DNA of 63,974 nt, counting the filler, from Octopus bimaculoides (lineage: Eukaryota), in assembly GCF_001194135.2 (NCBI RefSeq). It is 7 parts of 6 records of this genome, joined end to end, with 100 filler letters (N's around TTAATTAATTAA, not from the genome) between each part and the next. Parts side by side here need not be neighbours in the genome. Positions count along the whole stretch, not along the records: positions 62,955 to 63,974 come from NW_026332473.1; 6 more parts are not named here. The stretch is one strand, 5' to 3'. The position numbers and the translations under genes were made by a program. Under the pieces are notes generated by a model. The model was not told where the DNA came from. It saw only the letters and a list, made by a program, of their open reading frames with translations, and ran no database searches. This document shows, one piece after another, positions 62,955 through 63,974 of this stretch. The number at the start of each line of letters is the position of its first letter. The stretch's first letter is position 1.

Positions 62955-63974
62955 CAAACAACTGTTAGTAAAACTCTTAAGTACTTATACAATGCGGTTA
63001 TTTAATATTTTAATTTTCATGTCCTCAATTGGGTACAATTTCCAATTTTATGGAATTGCATATTAACAAGTTGAACTTTAACAATTGATTCGACTTCACA
63101 AATGTGACTTTTATTGCTAATAACCCTTATAAATACGTACAATTACATTCAATATCTATATACATACTCGCAAGAGTGACAATGATTATAGTTATGCTTC
63201 ACGGAATTAAAATTAACGAATAATAACTGTAACATTATTAAAAACCCGTTTCATTACAGATAATAGTTCTATTGATTACAAGTACGTGTTCACTGGAATA
63301 TTACGTAATAAAATTAAGTGCAAAATAACGAGTATATGTATTCAATCCGTTGAAGCATTATTTCTCGTAATAATACAATATATAAAGAAAATATAATACC
63401 GCATTTTTTGTTGTCAAATACCTGCTCCATGTATTCACCACACTCCTTCCAACTACTTCTTAAACATTGCAGGAAACCAAATAATCGACTAAGAACAAAA
63501 CGAAATTTGGAGATAAAGTTATAATGTAATTCGATACATATTATTTAGCATATCCAACGTAAAATCTCTTATTTACTTTTATTAATACGATATGGAAATC
63601 ATCCTTTGTATACAGTACATTTTAACATAGTTTGCCACATAGTTCATAATTTGCTTACAAATTAATTATTCATTCATATGGTGTTGATTCAAGAACCTCA
63701 AATTGAAGGTCACATGCTGGTACAATTTTTTGCACGCTGGACAAGATGCCTAGCATCATTTTTGTCGTTTTGGGGCCTGGGTTGACTTTCCGTTATCTAA
63801 CGTTCTTCCATCTTCCATCCGAAGACGAAACAAAATGTATGATTTGAGCAGTAGAGTCCATGTAATCCACTGGCCCATTCTCCGTATATTTCAGGCCTCG
63901 TGCCTCAAGACAAAGAATTTTTTTCCGTATTTAACAACTGGTGAAATACTGGTAGGATTATTCGAGCGATGGAA

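Overview
Repeat-dominated, low-GC animal genomic DNA from a gapped draft assembly. The SINE types and very high microsatellite load suggest an octopus (coleoid cephalopod); this is inference from recalled repeat families and needs a BLAST check. I found no intact protein-coding gene, tRNA or rRNA gene, CRISPR array or prokaryotic-type system. Almost all ORFs in the track are microsatellite or N-gap read-throughs. Supported content: a truncated Buster/Charlie-type hAT transposon, two decayed mariner elements, four R4/Dong-clade LINE fragments (apparently two families), a CRE-clade LINE fragment, a Tigger/pogo-type MITE, Penelope-like terminal fragments, many tRNA-derived SINEs of several families, foldback elements and minisatellites. 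Six artificial 100-bp joins (44N-TTAATTAATTAA-44N) split the window into seven separately assembled pieces, so adjacency across them is uncertain. Best leads: (1) a minimal type I hammerhead-ribozyme-like motif with a non-canonical pyrimidine at core position 6; (2) an R4/Dong family possibly targeting (TACA)n next to one in (TAA)n; (3) a SINE-head-derived minisatellite with 15 K50-homeodomain (TAATCC) sites; (4) five-fold amplification of an endonuclease active-site motif; (5) several near-perfect hairpins. SINE family labels M, C, R and V are mine, and most repeat boundaries are approximate.
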